This document shows positions 13,701-30,830 of a stretch of DNA of 64,000 nucleotides, in pieces. The position numbers and the translations under genes were made by a program. Below the pieces are notes generated by a model. It did not search any database. It was not told where the DNA came from and saw only the letters and a list, made by a program, of their open reading frames with translations. Source of the stretch: Azolla caroliniana (lineage: Eukaryota; Plantae; Polypodiophyta); assembly GCA_043228905.1 (NCBI GenBank), contig JBHGNT010000022.1:4960001-5024000 (forward strand), in the 5' to 3' direction. How positions within the stretch are numbered: the stretch's first letter is position 1; every line of letters begins with the position of its first letter.

Positions 13701-16644
13701 GACTAGACGCCAAGAGCCCTGCGTGGCTGTTACACTCTCTGTTGTATTCTCCTTTGTATAGTGGATCTCTATTCTCGTGGTTTTCCCTATCAAGGGTTTC
13801 CATATTTGCTATTTTCTGTTTCCGCGTTATTGTGTAGTTCACAATCGGTCTTTCTCCCAGATCCTCATTCGAATCCCATCAAACTGGTATCAGAGCATAG
13901 GTGAAAGATGGAAGGAGGTGTGAGTGGCTTCCCATGTAAGTTAGTTCTAAACTCTTAGAACTATGCAGACTGGAAGATAAAGATGGAAGACCTTCTCATA
14001 GTCAAAGACTTGTACGAGCCTATTGATAGAGCAGAAATACCCACGGGAGTATTAGAGTTTGAATGGAAACTTCTGAACAGAAAGGAAGTGGCCACCATCA
14101 GATAGTGCGTCGATGTGAGTGTCCTTCAGGACGTGGAGAACAACACAAATGCCTATGAGATGTGCCAGAAGTTGTTAGGTCTATATGAAAGGAAGAACGC
14201 ACTCAACAAAACATCTTTGATGAGAAAGATTGTGAGGTTGAAATACAGGGAGCACGTAAGCACATACATGGGGGTATGTGAACCAACTTGTTGCAACCAA
14301 GTTTCTCCTTGAGGATGCAATGCAGGCCATCCTACTATTGTGTACCTTGCCGAACAGTTGGGAGAATCTGGTGGTGACTCTCAACACCCCGTGTTAAGAA
14401 GAGAACTTGTCTCTTCAAGCGGTAAAGACAAGCATCTTGAACGAGGAGACAAGAAGGAAGGACAAGGGTATCCTGTCCCAGTCGGAGTCAAACTTGACTC
14501 AACATACCGGCAGAGGAAGAAATTGGCAAAGAAGGGATAAGTCCCAAGCCAGGTCCAAGTCCAGAGGCCAATTGACATGGTTTTATTGTGGAAAGCCTAG
14601 ACAATTTCAGAAGGACTGCCGACACCTCAAGAAGGAAAAAGGTGTTAGTAAGGATGTCGAACCCAAGAAGATCTCTAAAGAAAAGGGCACATCGGCCGTA
14701 GCTACAAGTGTAGAGGAGATCTTGTTCATTTGTGAGCAGGCAAGCACAAATCTTGCAAGTGAAGAGCGCACCTGGGTAATTGACTTGTGTCTTTCCATAT
14801 AACTCCGTCGAGAGATTGTTTCTTGACTTACACAACCGATGATCATGGCTATGTAAAGATGGGAGCTAATGGGGAATGCAAGATAGCTGACATAGGACGT
14901 GTAAGCCTGATGACACCGGCAGGTTGTTGACTGACCTTGAGGGAAGTTTGACATGTCCCCAATATCAGACTGAATCTGATATCGACTGGAAGGTTGGACG
15001 ACGAAGGCTACAATGGTAGCTTTCGAAATGGCAAGTGGAGGTTCTACCGAGGAAACCTCATAGTGGTCCGAGCATAGGAGGGCACATTGTATATGATGCA
15101 TGCCCGACTGTGCAAGTCGGAAGCAATGTGGCAGCTGACTCGAGTGGAGAGTTATGGCATAAGAGACTTGACCACATGAGTGAAAAGGGAATGCATATTC
15201 TGGGCGAATAGGAATTTCTCCCAGAAGTGAAAGGATTACAATTGGAGAAGTGTGTCGACTTCTTAGTTGGAAAGCAGAACAGAGTAGCATTCCATACAAG
15301 AACACCAAGGAGAAGATAACTTGCATTGGAACTAGTACATACAGATGTTTGCTATGTGGATGCTCCATCACATCGAGGTGGACAATACTTTGTAACTTTC
15401 ATTGACGACTACAAAGTTACAAGCACTGTGGGAGTTGTGGGATTTTGTTCTAAAGTCGAAATATCAAGCACTGTCATTTTTTGAGGAGTTCCAGGCAAGG
15501 GTAGAAAGAGAGTCGGTTTGGAAGTTGAAGGCTATCCGAACCGACAATTGTGGTGAATATAAAGGGTAGTTCGAAAAATATTGCAAGGCCCAAGGTATTC
15601 AAATTGAATACACGGTACCAAAGACCCCTGAGTTGAACGGGCTTGTAGAGACGATGAATCGAAAAATTATGGAGAGAGTAAGGAGCATGTTGTCGCATGC
15701 TAAGATGTCGAAATCATATTGGGCTGAGGCCATGTATACAATTGTTTATCTGAGCAACAAGTCTCCCTCAGTGCCATTGAAAGGTGATGTCCCATAGAGG
15801 GTGTGGACAGGCAAGGATGTCTCCTACCAACACCTGAGGGTGTTTGGATGTTTAGTGTACATGCATGTGGCTAAGGATAAGAGGTCGAAGCTCGATAGTA
15901 AGTTGAAACCACGCATATTCATGGGATACTCGGAGGATGAATTTGGCTATAAGCTGTGGGACTTAGTCGACAAGAAGTTAGTGAGGAGTCGGGACATAGT
16001 CTTCTTGGAAGACAAGACGATTGAGGGATGGAAGCAACAGAAGTCGGAATCAACTTCCCAGTCGACTCCCACTACTACTGACTTAAGACTAGTCGAACCG
16101 ACACACTCGGTTGTTTGGAGACAGATAGTCGGCACAACCGAATCTGAGTCAGTCGACTCGGAGAAACTGACCAACACAAATGAGTTGGTTTCGGCGGACC
16201 TATTGAAGTCGATCAAGGAATACGAGTCGGAATCGGCTAAACCTCAATGACCGATCAACACATATGAACCTGGGCCAAGAGAAGAGTCGACAGAGACATC
16301 TAAACTGGAACCAACAACGGGTGGAAGGAGATACCCCCTTAGAGAAAGAAGAGCACCGACTACATATGTCAGTCAATACATTTGTTTGATTGATGAAGGT
16401 GAACCTGAGTGCTATGAAGAAGCTATAGCCAATGAGCACAAAGAAAAATAGTTGAGTGCAATGCAAGACGAGATGGTCTCCTTGCACGAAAATTACACCT
16501 ATGACCTGGTAGAGTTACCGAAAGGTAAGAGAGCACTCATGAATAAATGGGTCTACAAGTTTGTTACGGGTATGACGATATAATATCCCGCAGTAAGTTC
16601 TACCATAGTATTTGGCATCTTGGCATGCGACAACATACTCCTTA

Positions 16645-21913
<5,269 letters not shown>

Positions 21914-22013
21914 NNNNNNNNNNNNNNNNNNNNNNNNNNNNNNNNNNNNNNNNNNNNNNNNNNNNNNNNNNNNNNNNNNNNNNNNNNNNNNNNNNNNNNN
22001 NNNNNNNNNNNNN
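21914..22013. other. Assembly gap (100 N)
   Basis: Run of N. Confidence 1.
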
Positions 22014-22992
22014 ATTGCCACATTCACTTCCCACTTGCATAGTCGGGCATGCATCATATACAATGTGCCCTCTTTCTTTGCTCGGGCCACAATGAGGTTT
22101 CCTCGGCAAAACTTCCACTTGTCGTTTTAAAAGCTACCACTGTAGCCTTCGTCATCCAACCTTCCAGTCGATATCAGATTCAATTTGATGTTAGGGACAT
22201 GTCGAACTTCCCTCAGAGTCAGTCGACAACCTGTTGACATCATCACACATACACTTCCAATGCTTATCTTCATCGCTTGTAGAGACAAGTTCAAGATGCT
22301 TGTCTTCATCGCTTGTAGAGACAAGTTCTCTTCGTGACACGAGTTGCTGAGTGTCACCACCAGATTCTACCAGTTGTTCGACAGGGTACATAGCAGGAGG
22401 ATGGCCTACATTGCATCCTCAAGGGGAAACATGACTGTTGCAAGTTGGTTCACATACCCCATGAATGTGCTTACGTGCTCGACTATGCTTTCTCCGTCCC
22501 TATATTTCAACCTCACGATCTTCCTCATCAGAGATGTTTTGTTGAGGGCATTCTTCCTCTCATATAAACCTGGCAAGATCTGCCACATCTTGTAGGCATT
22601 TGTGTCGTTCACCAGATGCTGAAGGACACTTACATCAATGCATTGTCTGATGGTGGCTACCACCTTCCTATTCAAAAGTTTCCATTTAGACTCTAATACC
22701 CCCATGGGTATTTCTGCGTTGTCAATTGGCTCATATAGGTTTTGACTATGAGAAGGTCCTCCATCTTTATCTTCCTGCATAGTTCTGAGAGTTTAGAACT
22801 ATCATACCTGGGAAGCCACTGACACCTCCTTCCATGCTTGCACCTCAAGCTCTGATACCAGTTTGTAGAGCTTCATTCACCGTGTTTCGTGCGAAAAGGT
22901 GACTGTGAAATAGACAATATCGCGGAAAGACAAAAAGCAGCAAATGCACAATACACAATGTTTAATGTGGAAACCCTAAATGGGAAAAAACT

Positions 22993-23068
22993 GTCATGAT
23001 ATGGCAAGACTCGAACCCATGGCCTTATGTTATATGGGTCAAGCTCTTGAACATTATACCAACTATTG
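22993..23068 (-). promoter_or_regulatory. tRNA-like Pol III A-box/B-box module at the solo-LTR terminus (not a functional tRNA)
   Basis: Minus strand: TGGTATAATGT (A-box-like, T at 23061) and GGTTCGAGTC (B box, invariant G at 23016), 45 nt apart as for tRNA positions 8 and 53. The acceptor stem does not pair. Confidence 0.5.
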
Positions 23069-23302
23069 TAATACGTAGGATATTATTTTCATTTAAGTTT
23101 TATTATAGGAAATTAATGTATATTCCAGATTTCTCTGGAACATTCTAGAAACTTCAGGATTACTCCTGAGACCACTATAAAAGAAGGCACTAGGCATTAT
23201 GTTGAACCAAATTGGTTCAACGCCAGTCTTAAGCCTCATAGCCATCTTGTACTTACTCTTCCTATAATATATCATCTGTTATCATCATCTCTCTCTCTCT
23301 CT

Positions 23303-26300
23303 TGTTAAACACAGTGCTCGGCCGCAACCGAGGAATAGGATCAACTCACAGAAAACAGGAAATACAAAATGCACGAAGACAATAGAGAGAAGAGTACACA
23401 GGATGTTTTACGTGGAAAACCCTAAATGGGAAAAACCACGGGAGTCCTCAGACTCCAACTATCACTATGCATAGGGAATGTACAATGGCGAGCTGCAAGG
23501 CGACGACCTTGAGCTCGCTGTCCTCGCCACAGGCGGCGGTATTACACAGAGGCGTCGACCTCTTCCTTTCTCTCTCTCTCTCTCTCTCTCGGCTGCTCTC
23601 ACTTCGCTCCCTCTAAGTGGAAAACAGAAAAATGAGCAACAACTACAAAACTGTTTGCCCTAAGTCATATTTATACACATATGACTTTCGGGCTATTTAC
23701 AAATATAGCCTAGAGGGCCCTTGGCAAACATATTCACAAATATGTCCCCGCATCCGGATCTCTCTCCGGGTACATTCGTCATCCGGCTCCGTAGCCGGGG
23801 TCTTCATCATCCGGCTCCGAAACCGGGTCTTCGTCATCCGGCTCCGTAGCCGGGGTCTTCATCATCCGGCTCCGAAACCGGATCTTCGTCATCCGGCTCC
23901 GAAACCGGGTCTTCGTCATCCGGCTCCGTAGCCGGGGTCTTCATTCCCGATTCCCGGACATCTGACCATCCCATCCGGAGGGACCGTAATCCCAACAAAC
24001 TCCCCCTTCACTTCGGCATGGGATGTCTTTCCAGTCCGACCCTCTTCTGGCACGCTTCCAGCTTGTCGGGTGTGAGCACTTTGGTCAGCATATCTGACCC
24101 GTTCTCGTCCGTGTGGATCTTCGTCAGCACGAACTCCTGATCTTCTATCCTTTCCCGGATCCAGTGATATCTTCGCTGGATGTGCTTCGTCCGTGAGTGA
24201 TAGGCCACGTTCTTCGCAAGGTGGATGGCACTCTGACTGTCGCAGTAGAGTCGGTACTCCTCCTGCCGGATACCGAGCTCTCTAATGAAGTCCTTCATCC
24301 ATATTATTTCCTTGCCGGCTTCAACAGCCGCCATGTACTCCGCCTCCGTGGTTGACAACGCAACCGTCTTCTGCAGCCTCGACTGCCACGAAACAGCTCC
24401 CCCTGCATACGTCATGACATACCCTGATGTGGAACGGCTGGTATCTGCATCAGCCGACATATCCGAATCGGTAAAGCCGTCGAGTTCGGGCTTACCGGAG
24501 CCGAATCGGAGGCACACGTTTGCCGTGCCCTTCAGGTATCGGAGTATCCACTTGACCGCGTTCCAGTGCTCTTTGCCAGGATTGCTCATGTACCGGCTCA
24601 CCACTCCGACTGCATATCCTATGTCCGGTCTTGTACACACCATTGCGTACATCAAGCTTCCGACGGCAGAGGCGTATGGTACTTTCATCATGTCCTCCTT
24701 CTCAGCCTTTGTCTTGGGGCTTTGCTTGCTGGACAACTTGCAGTTTGCCGGGAGGGTTGACCCGACCGGTCTTGCTTCCGACATGTTGAACCGGTGAAGC
24801 ACCTTTGTCACGTACTTCTCCTGTGACAGCCACAACTGCTTCTTCTTCCGGTCCCAGATGATGTGCATCCCTAGTATTTGCCTCGCCGGACCCAGGTCCT
24901 TCATTGAGAAGGTTCGGTGAAGCGCTTTCTTCAGCATCTGTATCTTGGCCTGGTCCCGTCCGACGATCAACATGTCGTCCACGTACAGGAGGAGTATTAG
25001 AAAGTCTCCTCCTTCGAACTTCTTCACAAACACGCAGTGATCGGACTGCGTTTTGTGGTACCCTTCGTCGGTCATGAACAAGTCGAACTTCCGGTACCAT
25101 TGTCGGGGAGCCTGCTTCAGTCCGTAAAGGCTCTTCTTCAACCGGCATACCAGGTGCTCCTTTCCTTTCTTCTCGAATCCTTCCGGTTGCTGCATGTAGA
25201 TCTCTTCTTCGAGGTCACCGTGAAGGAATGCCATCTTCACGTCCATCTGTTCTACCTCGAGGTGCATGCTTGCCGCTATGCTCAGCACCGTCCGGATGGA
25301 GGTCATCTTCACTACCGGGGCAAATATCTCGTCGAAGTCGACGCCCTTCTTCTGCTGGAACCCCTTCACCACGATCCTGGCTTTGTATCTCGGGGGGTTT
25401 CCGGCATCTCCCGGTTTCAGCTTGAACACCCACTTGTTTCGAAGTGCCTGCTTTCCTTTCGGCAACTCCACAAGTTCATATGTGTGGTTCTCATGCAGGG
25501 AATCCATCTCCTCCTGCATGGCACTTAACCATCTGCGGCTATGGGTGTCAAGCTTTGCTTCTTCAAAACTCTCCGGCTCCCCTTCGTCGGTTAGCAGCAC
25601 GTGCTCTGGTTCCGAAAATCTCCGGGGGGCCCTTGTCTCTCTTAGAGGATATCTCCGTTCCGGAGCTTCGGTAACCGGCTCCTCCGTTTCCTCTTCATCC
25701 GAATCCATTTCGGGATCGGGGCTGGTTCCGGTATCAGTTTCATCTTCCTCGGCCGGTTCTGTTTCTTCACCGTCTTCGGCCGGATCCTCGAGTGCTAACC
25801 GGTCCCTTGCCGGTCGGGACTGCTCCTCGTAGAGTTGATCCTCACCGGTCGACTTGGAGCTCTTCATCTTCTTCTCCGACTCCCAGTCGGCGAGTGTCTT
25901 GTCCTCCATGAAGATGATATCACGACTCCGGAATATCTTTTTGTCGACCGGGTCCCATACTCGGTAGCCGAACTCGTCATCGCCGTAACCGAGGAATATG
26001 CATGGCCGGGTCTTTGGATCTAGCTTTCCTCTCCGGTCCTTTGCCACATGCACATATGCGAAACACCCGAACACCTTCAGATGCCGGTAGGATACTTCCC
26101 TGCCGGTTCACACTCTCTGCGGCGTGTCTCCGTCCAAAGGTACTGAGGGTGATCTGTTTATCACGTATGTCGCCGTCGACATTGCCTCAGCCCAAAACCC
26201 CTTGGGTAATTTCGCATGCGCCAGCATACTCCGGACCCTCTCCATTATAGTCCAGTTCATCCTCTCGGCCAGCCCGTTCAGTTCCGGCGTCTTCGGCACA

Positions 26301-28838
26301 GTAAACTCGAGCCGGATTCCCTTCGAGCGACATTACTCCTGGAACTGCCCCCGGTATTTCCCCTCCGTTATCCGCTCGTAGTGCTTTCAGCTTCTTGCCG
26401 GATTCTCTTTCCACTCTCGTGTGGAGTTCTTTGAAGACGGACAATACTTGGTCCTTTGTCTTCAACGGTGCCGTCCACAGCTTCCGGCTATGGTCATCTA
26501 TGAATGTTACGAAGTACTGGGCTCCGCCATGTGACTTCGTTTCTACCTGACACACATCAGTGTGTACCAACTCCAATGGTACACTACGTCTCATCGGTGG
26601 TCTTGAGCGGAAGGAGGTTCGGTTCTGCTTACCGGCCAGGCAATCGGTGCACTTCTCCAGGTGCACATGCTTCACTGGAATAAGGTTGTCTTCTGCAAGC
26701 CTCTTCATCCCCTTCTCACTCATGTGGCACAATCTCTTGTGCCACAGCTCACCGGCAGTGTCGGCTGCCACGTTCAGCTCCTCCGGACATAGCCGGGAAT
26801 TCATCAGGTACAATGTGTTGACCTTCCGGGCCCGAGCCACTATCAGGCTCCCTTTGCTGAACTTCATGACACCGTTCCGGATGCTACCCGTCTAGCCTTC
26901 ATCGTCTAGCCTCCCGTCCGAAATCAGGTTCAATCGAACCTCCGGAACGTGTCGAACATCCTTCAGCAGCATCTTGCATCCGGTTGATGTCATCAGCCAC
27001 ACGTCTCCTATGCCGGCAATCCGGCATGTACCTTCATTTCCCATCCGGACACAGCCGTGCTCACCGGCTGTGTAGGATGAGAAGTATTTCTTCTCCGGGG
27101 TTAGGTGGAACGACGCTCCGGAATCGACCACCCAGGTCATCTCTTCACCGGCAAGGTTCAGCTCCCTCTCTTCGGTAATGAGCATTATCTCTTCTTCACT
27201 TGCCGCGAGTGCCGTCTTTCCTTTCCGGTCCTGCCCTCGCCGATCCGGACCTCTCCGGTCCGTGGCTCCCTGGTATGCACCATTTCGCTCCGGTGACTTC
27301 TTCGAATCGGTACCGTCGGTTCCGTTGTCTTTCCGGAAATGCCGACAATTCTTCTAGAAGTTCCCCGGCTTCCCACAGTAGAAGCATGTAGGTCTTCCCC
27401 TCGACTGCGACCGTGTCCCCGACTTCTCCCGTCTTTGCGGACTCCGGTTCCGTTGTCTTCCCCGTTCCGATTCGGTAAGCAGCGCCTTCGAGTCGGAGAC
27501 CGGTTCTTTATCTCTCCGACGCGCTTCTTCATTTAGAATACTTGTCTTTACCGTTAGTAAAGACAAGTTCTCTTCCTTACAGGAGGTGCTGAGAGTAACT
27601 ACCAAGTTCTCCCAGCTCTCCGGAAGGGTACACATCAGCATGATGGCTTGCATTGCGTCATCCAACGGGAACTTGATCGCCGCAAGCTGGTTCACGAATC
27701 CCATGAACGTGCTGACGTGTTCGACCATGCTCTCGCCGTCCCGATACTTAAGATTCACTATCTTCCTCATCAGGGAGGTCCGGGTCAGAGCATTCTTCCT
27801 CTCATACAGTCCGGACAGCTTCTGCCACATCTCATAGGCGTTCGTATCGTTCGCCACATGTTGCAGAACACTTACATCGACATATTGCCGGATCGTCGCT
27901 ACGGCTTTCCGGTTCAGGAGCTTCCACTCCGACTCTATTACCCCCTTGGGTATCTCGGCATTGTCGATCGGTTCGTACAGGTCTCGGACGATGAGAAGGT
28001 CTTCCATCTTTATCTTCCAGTCGGCGTAGTTCTGTGAGTTCAACACCATCATGCCCGGAGGCCCACTACCGCCGCCTTCCATTTTCTGTGTTAACCTTGC
28101 TCTGATACCAGTTTGTTAAACACAGTGCTCGGCCGCAACCGAGGAATAGGATCAACTCACAGAAAATAGGAAATACAAAATGCACGAAGACAATAGAGAG
28201 AAGAGTACACAGGATGTTTTACGTGGAAAACCCTAAATGGGAAAAACCACGGGAGTCCTCAGACTCCAACTATCACTATGCACAGGGAATGTACAATGGC
28301 GAGCTGCAAGGCGACGACCTTGAGCTCGCTGTCCTCGCCACAGGCGGCGGTATTACACAGAGGCGTCGACCTCTTCCTTTCTCTCTCTCTCTCTCTCTCT
28401 CTCGGCTGCTCTCACTTCGCTCCCTCTAAGTGGAAAACAGAAAAATGAGCAACAACTACAAAACTGTTTGCCCTAAGTCATATTTATACACATATGACTT
28501 TCGGGCTATTTACAAATATAGCCTAGAGGGCCCTTGGCAAACATATTCACAAATATGTCCCCGCATCCGGATCTCTCTCCGGGTACATTCGTCATCCGGC
28601 TCCGTAGCCGGGGTCTTCATCATCCGGCTCCGAAACCGGGTCTTCGTCATCCGGCTCCGTAGCCGGGGTCTTCATCATCCGGCTCCGAAACCGGATCTTC
28701 GTCATCCGGCTCCGTAGCCGGGGTCTTCATCATCCGGCTCCGAAACCGGGTCTTCGTCATCCGGCTCCGTAGCCGGGGTCTTCATTCCCGATTCCCGGAC
28801 ATCTGACCATCCCATCCGGAGGGACCGTAATCCCAACA
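23303..28838 (-). mobile_element. Copia C: complete, very young Ty1/copia with TSD
   Basis: LTRs 28114-28838 (725 bp) and 23303-23997 (695 bp), TG/CA ends, TSD TCTCT, PBS 28099-28110, PPT 23998-24007. gag-pol 28082-24008 has stops at 27354, 26892 and 26108 and a +1 frameshift near 26362. INT C-terminus/RT/RH are open for 688 aa. Confidence 0.97.
28591..28785. repeat. 27/28-bp tandem array in the copia C LTR (7 units; 6 units at 23778-23943)
   Basis: Alternating GTCATCCGGCTCCGTAGCCGGGGTCTTC and ATCATCCGGCTCCGAAACCGGGTCTTC. Confidence 0.92.
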
Positions 28839-30722
28839 TCTCTCTCGTCCTCACTATCTCTCTCTCTCTTCTCTTCTCTTTCCTCCCTCTCGGGAGTCTT
28901 ACGCGGTCCCGTCCTCTTAGTACTAATAGTACTTCCCTTCTCTAGTACTAATTCTCTCTCTATTTTAGTACTATTCCTGACAAAAACCACCAGAGAAACA
29001 GATCTTCCACTATACACAGAGAATACAAGAACGATTACAACTCTTCTCTGATGCTTAGAGGATAAAACCTTAGGGTTCTTGGAAGTTTCAGTAAACTATA
29101 CCACCGCAGCTCGGTCTATCTCACGCACTCTCTCACTCTCACTCTATAACTCTCTCGCTACAAAAAAAACTACACTATTGTGTTCTACACTAACTATCTA
29201 TGTTTGCCCTAAGTGTATTTATACTTATACACTGCATGGGCTATTTACAAATGTAGCCATTGCTACTATCATTCCTATTATAACAATAATAGTTAATCAG
29301 CTGTCTAGTCAATTCGACTAGCCGACAACTGTGTCGATTGTCCAGTCGATTTGACTAGTCGGCCTTATCTTCGACCATCTGGTCAACCCGATTAGTTTGT
29401 CGTGTTTTCAACTTGGATCACTTTGTATACTGTTGAATCCCCCTTGTCTTTGATTGTCGGCTCTCGGCCGGACTAGTCGGCTCCTCCCATAGGAGGGATA
29501 TATTCCTAATAGTTAATACCTCAATTACATGTGATGTTCACATACATATGTTACGTATGCGTATGAGGTCAATACCTCGATTTGTATGTAAATGATATGC
29601 AATTTGTGTTGTATGTGTAAAAGGTCAATACCTCAATTTTGTATTACGTTCACCCTTAATTTAACCGTTTCGTGTGCGTAGAGGCTATATGCCTTGATTA
29701 TGTATCTCGATTACATCATTAAATTGTTAGTTATGTGATGTTATGATTTTTTTAAATATATGCATATATAATCATGTGTATACGTATTTAATCATATACA
29801 TGTGATAAACATAAATATGTGTATATTAGTTTTTATTACGTGATTTTGTATATCGAACGTTGTCCTTTTTGGGGAAAGGATCTTGTTGGCCATCCTCACA
29901 TTTTTGTGAGAATGGCGTAGTCACCATCATTTTTCAATAATTTTTTTTGTTGTCATCCGCATTGGTCACTTCAATTTCGCTATGCATTTTAATGAAACGA
30001 TCATAGCCACAATGATGTTGAAAGCATAGGGCTTGACCCACTTCAAGTGAGGTCGCTCCTATGATACACGCATCCAACATCCCTCCCTCATTACATGGTT
30101 ACGATGCCACCATGAGATCATCATTATGGAACACATTCGAAATGATGTAACCATGTGATGGGCCATGTGGGAAGGAAAAGAGGGCTTGTGTGGCTTAACC
30201 ATTAGGTTACACTTTGGGGTATGTCATCGTAATGATCAGACTTGAGGTTGGGTAACATACCAACATAGTTTTCTTCTTAACGAGGGGGGAATAAGGTTTC
30301 TAGACACATATGATTTCTTTTTTAAAAACATATATGGGCAAATGGCTTCGCATATCTCTCATACGCATAAAATATTGAACATTCAACACGGGCAACCTAT
30401 TTGGTTAGCTCATGTGTTTAATGGCTTTGTTTTCGAGGTTTGGAGTTCAAATATGACCAAGACCATACAACATTATCCATACATATGACTATAAAAGATG
30501 TTTAGACTTTAGGTCTAAGTGCACTTTGGGGTCCTCATAATAGGATTTAAAGAGCCGAAACCACATGGGTGGGCACCGAGACATAGTTTATTGTTAACAT
30601 TTTTTTGTGTATAAACTACTTATGCTGCAAACATACATGGTTGCGCCTAGTGGAGCCACCATGAAAAAATCAATATAGAGATAAGGGAAAGACATTCATT
30701 TGTCACCCCCATGGTTTTTTAA

Positions 30723-30830
30723 AGGGAAAAGTACCAGGATACCCTTGGAAGTTTGTCTATTTACCAGAATGCCCCTGGAAGTTCCAAATTTACCAAACTA
30801 CCCCTATGTCCAAAAAATTACACTTTATAA
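30723..30830. mobile_element. Possible single terminal repeat of a Mutator-like MITE
   Basis: GGGAAAAGTACCAGGATACCCTTGGAAG... with internal repeats resembles MULE-derived TIRs. No partner end found. Confidence 0.3.

Larger units (their letters stand above)
22992..28982 (+). mobile_element. Solo LTR (~450 bp; 22992-23302 + 28844-28982) interrupted by copia C
   Basis: Inverted termini TGTCA...TGACA, 5-bp TSD AAAAC at 22987-22991 and 28983-28987. cTATAAAag at ~23175 followed by a CT-rich tract gives the + orientation. Confidence 0.8.
22014..29511 (-). mobile_element. Copia D: 5' part of an A-family element in reverse orientation; LTR interrupted by solo LTR and copia C
   Basis: Gag/PR fragments 22014-22835 are homologous to copia A. 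PBS at 22849-22860. LTR pieces 22864-22991 and 28988-29511; the end at 29511 matches the start of the copia A LTR. Confidence 0.82.

Noticed and set aside
23778-23943. 27-28 bp repeats as a CRISPR-like array
   Set aside because: Units are head-to-tail with no unique spacers, sit inside LTRs of a eukaryotic retrotransposon, and no cas genes are present.
24285-25832. Long antisense ORFs over copia pol (also in B, E, F)
   Set aside because: Expected shadow of GC-rich codon use; no recognisable domains.
30400-30460. Second tRNA/SINE-like A/B-box pattern (tagctcatgtg...gagttcaaat)
   Set aside because: The B box lacks the conserved final C, spacing is short, and there are no stems or TSD.
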